A stretch of DNA of 64,000 bases. It comes from Hemiscyllium ocellatum. Taxonomy: Eukaryota. The position numbers and the translations under genes are program-made. The stretch spans positions 1,643,438-1,707,437 of the forward strand of contig NC_083427.1 in NCBI RefSeq assembly GCF_020745735.1, given 5' to 3'. The notes beneath the pieces were generated by a model. That model was not told the origin of the DNA. It worked only from the letters and a program-made list of their open reading frames with translations, and did no database searches. Within the stretch, counting starts at the first letter, position 1. The number at the start of each line of letters is the position of its first letter. This document shows, piece by piece, positions 62,813-64,000 of the stretch.

Positions 62813-64000
62813 ACCCGGAGCTTGAATTCCAAAGCAACATATGCAATTATGCAAAATAAGACTCTGTTTCATTGACTACCCTATATCCCAGAGGAAGATC
62901 ATTCAATGTTTAAACTATATTTAGTTCAATTCCAAATTCAGTTTTAAATGAATTTAAGCATTGCACATGACCAAATGGAAGGATTTAGATGAACGTAACG
63001 TGGAATGGAACAAAACGTTAGAAAGGGAGATTGATTTACATCTGAAGCCTGCACTGCCATTGAAACTAATTCTTGTCTTTTACACACTATTCTATGTAAC
63101 TCCCGGAACAGAACAGGTTTTCACTTGATCTCACTGAAATCGACAGAATATCTCTTGAAGTCTGTTATGACCAGTGTCCAGATGAGACACAATTGAAAAT
63201 GGATAACCCTCGCATACCGAAACATGTTTACTGATTTCATTGCTCTGTTTGTTAGCTATAATGATACACAAATGTTTGCTTGTGAAATGCCAAGAACTAC
63301 AGAAATATGCTCAAAACGTTCACTTGTGGCATTTTCAGCTCTCCAGTATACCACTTCGTACGGGTTTATAATCATTGAAATATAAAACAAACTTATGCAA
63401 GTTTTAATCAATCAATATTTAACTGTAAACATCTACCACAATCTGATGATCTTCATATCACAACCTCCTGTACTACGCCAAATATGATTTGAACAAGACA
63501 CCCGATATTTGAAAGATAGCTGTGTCTGAATATCCAAAACGAACAGCAAAAATCATGAGCAGTCTGATTCCATTTTGTATCTACTTTTACAGTCTTCTTT
63601 AGTAAAACTTCAGCTTCACAACTGCAGATGATGAACAATATCATTTATTTAGAAGTTTATTTTTCCTCGGAATCTTTGTTTTATATTCTTCAGAGTTATT
63701 TACGCCATTTGGAACTGAACCTTATACTGCCATTTTCATTTCCTGTCGGCCAATGTTATGCCTCACTTGTAGAAAAATCCGCATGCATTTAATTTTTGTC
63801 TCATAGTACATTGTGATCTTCAAATACACTGGCCTAACCTTCCATTTTGTTCATCTCCTTTTCCCGTTAGGCACTTTGCAGACTCCAAGAATCAATACTT
63901 ATTCCATAGCCTCAGAGCCGACCGCATGATACCCGTAATCCATTTTCCTCATGTTATTTCCCTGCCCTCCCACCCAGACGTTGACTTATTTGTCTTTTGT

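Noticed and set aside
1-64000. CRISPR array or prokaryotic defence system
   Set aside because: The sequence is eukaryotic with spliced Ig exons; it has no regularly spaced repeat-spacer units and no cas-like ORFs.

Overview
This is shark genomic DNA, most likely from an orectolobiform carpet/bamboo-type shark (inferred from the IgNAR sequence and the HE1-type SINE tails). The window holds the apparently intact constant region of an IgNAR heavy-chain-only antibody gene on the + strand. The exons are C1 6842-7162, C2 9096-9392, C3 9473-9790, C4 12689-13009 and C5 plus secretory tail 13811-14193 (internal membrane donor after 14131). Two distant membrane exons are missing from the ORF track: TM1 26192-26349 and TM2 30116-30124. 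No V, D, J or RSS was found, so the window probably starts inside the J-C1 intron. About 10 kb downstream of TM2 is a decayed, highly diverged second C4-C5-tail module (40045-41700), apparently the relic of an old IgNAR cluster duplication. The rest is mostly retroelements: CR1/L2-type LINEs, Rex1/Babar, Penelope-like elements with hammerhead-ribozyme remnants and inverted arrangements, and HE1-type SINEs. There is also a 1456-bp tandem duplication in the J-C1 intron and an unexplained 265-bp dispersed duplication. Exon boundaries were read base by base. Repeat boundaries are approximate, and family names come from motif recognition, not database searches.
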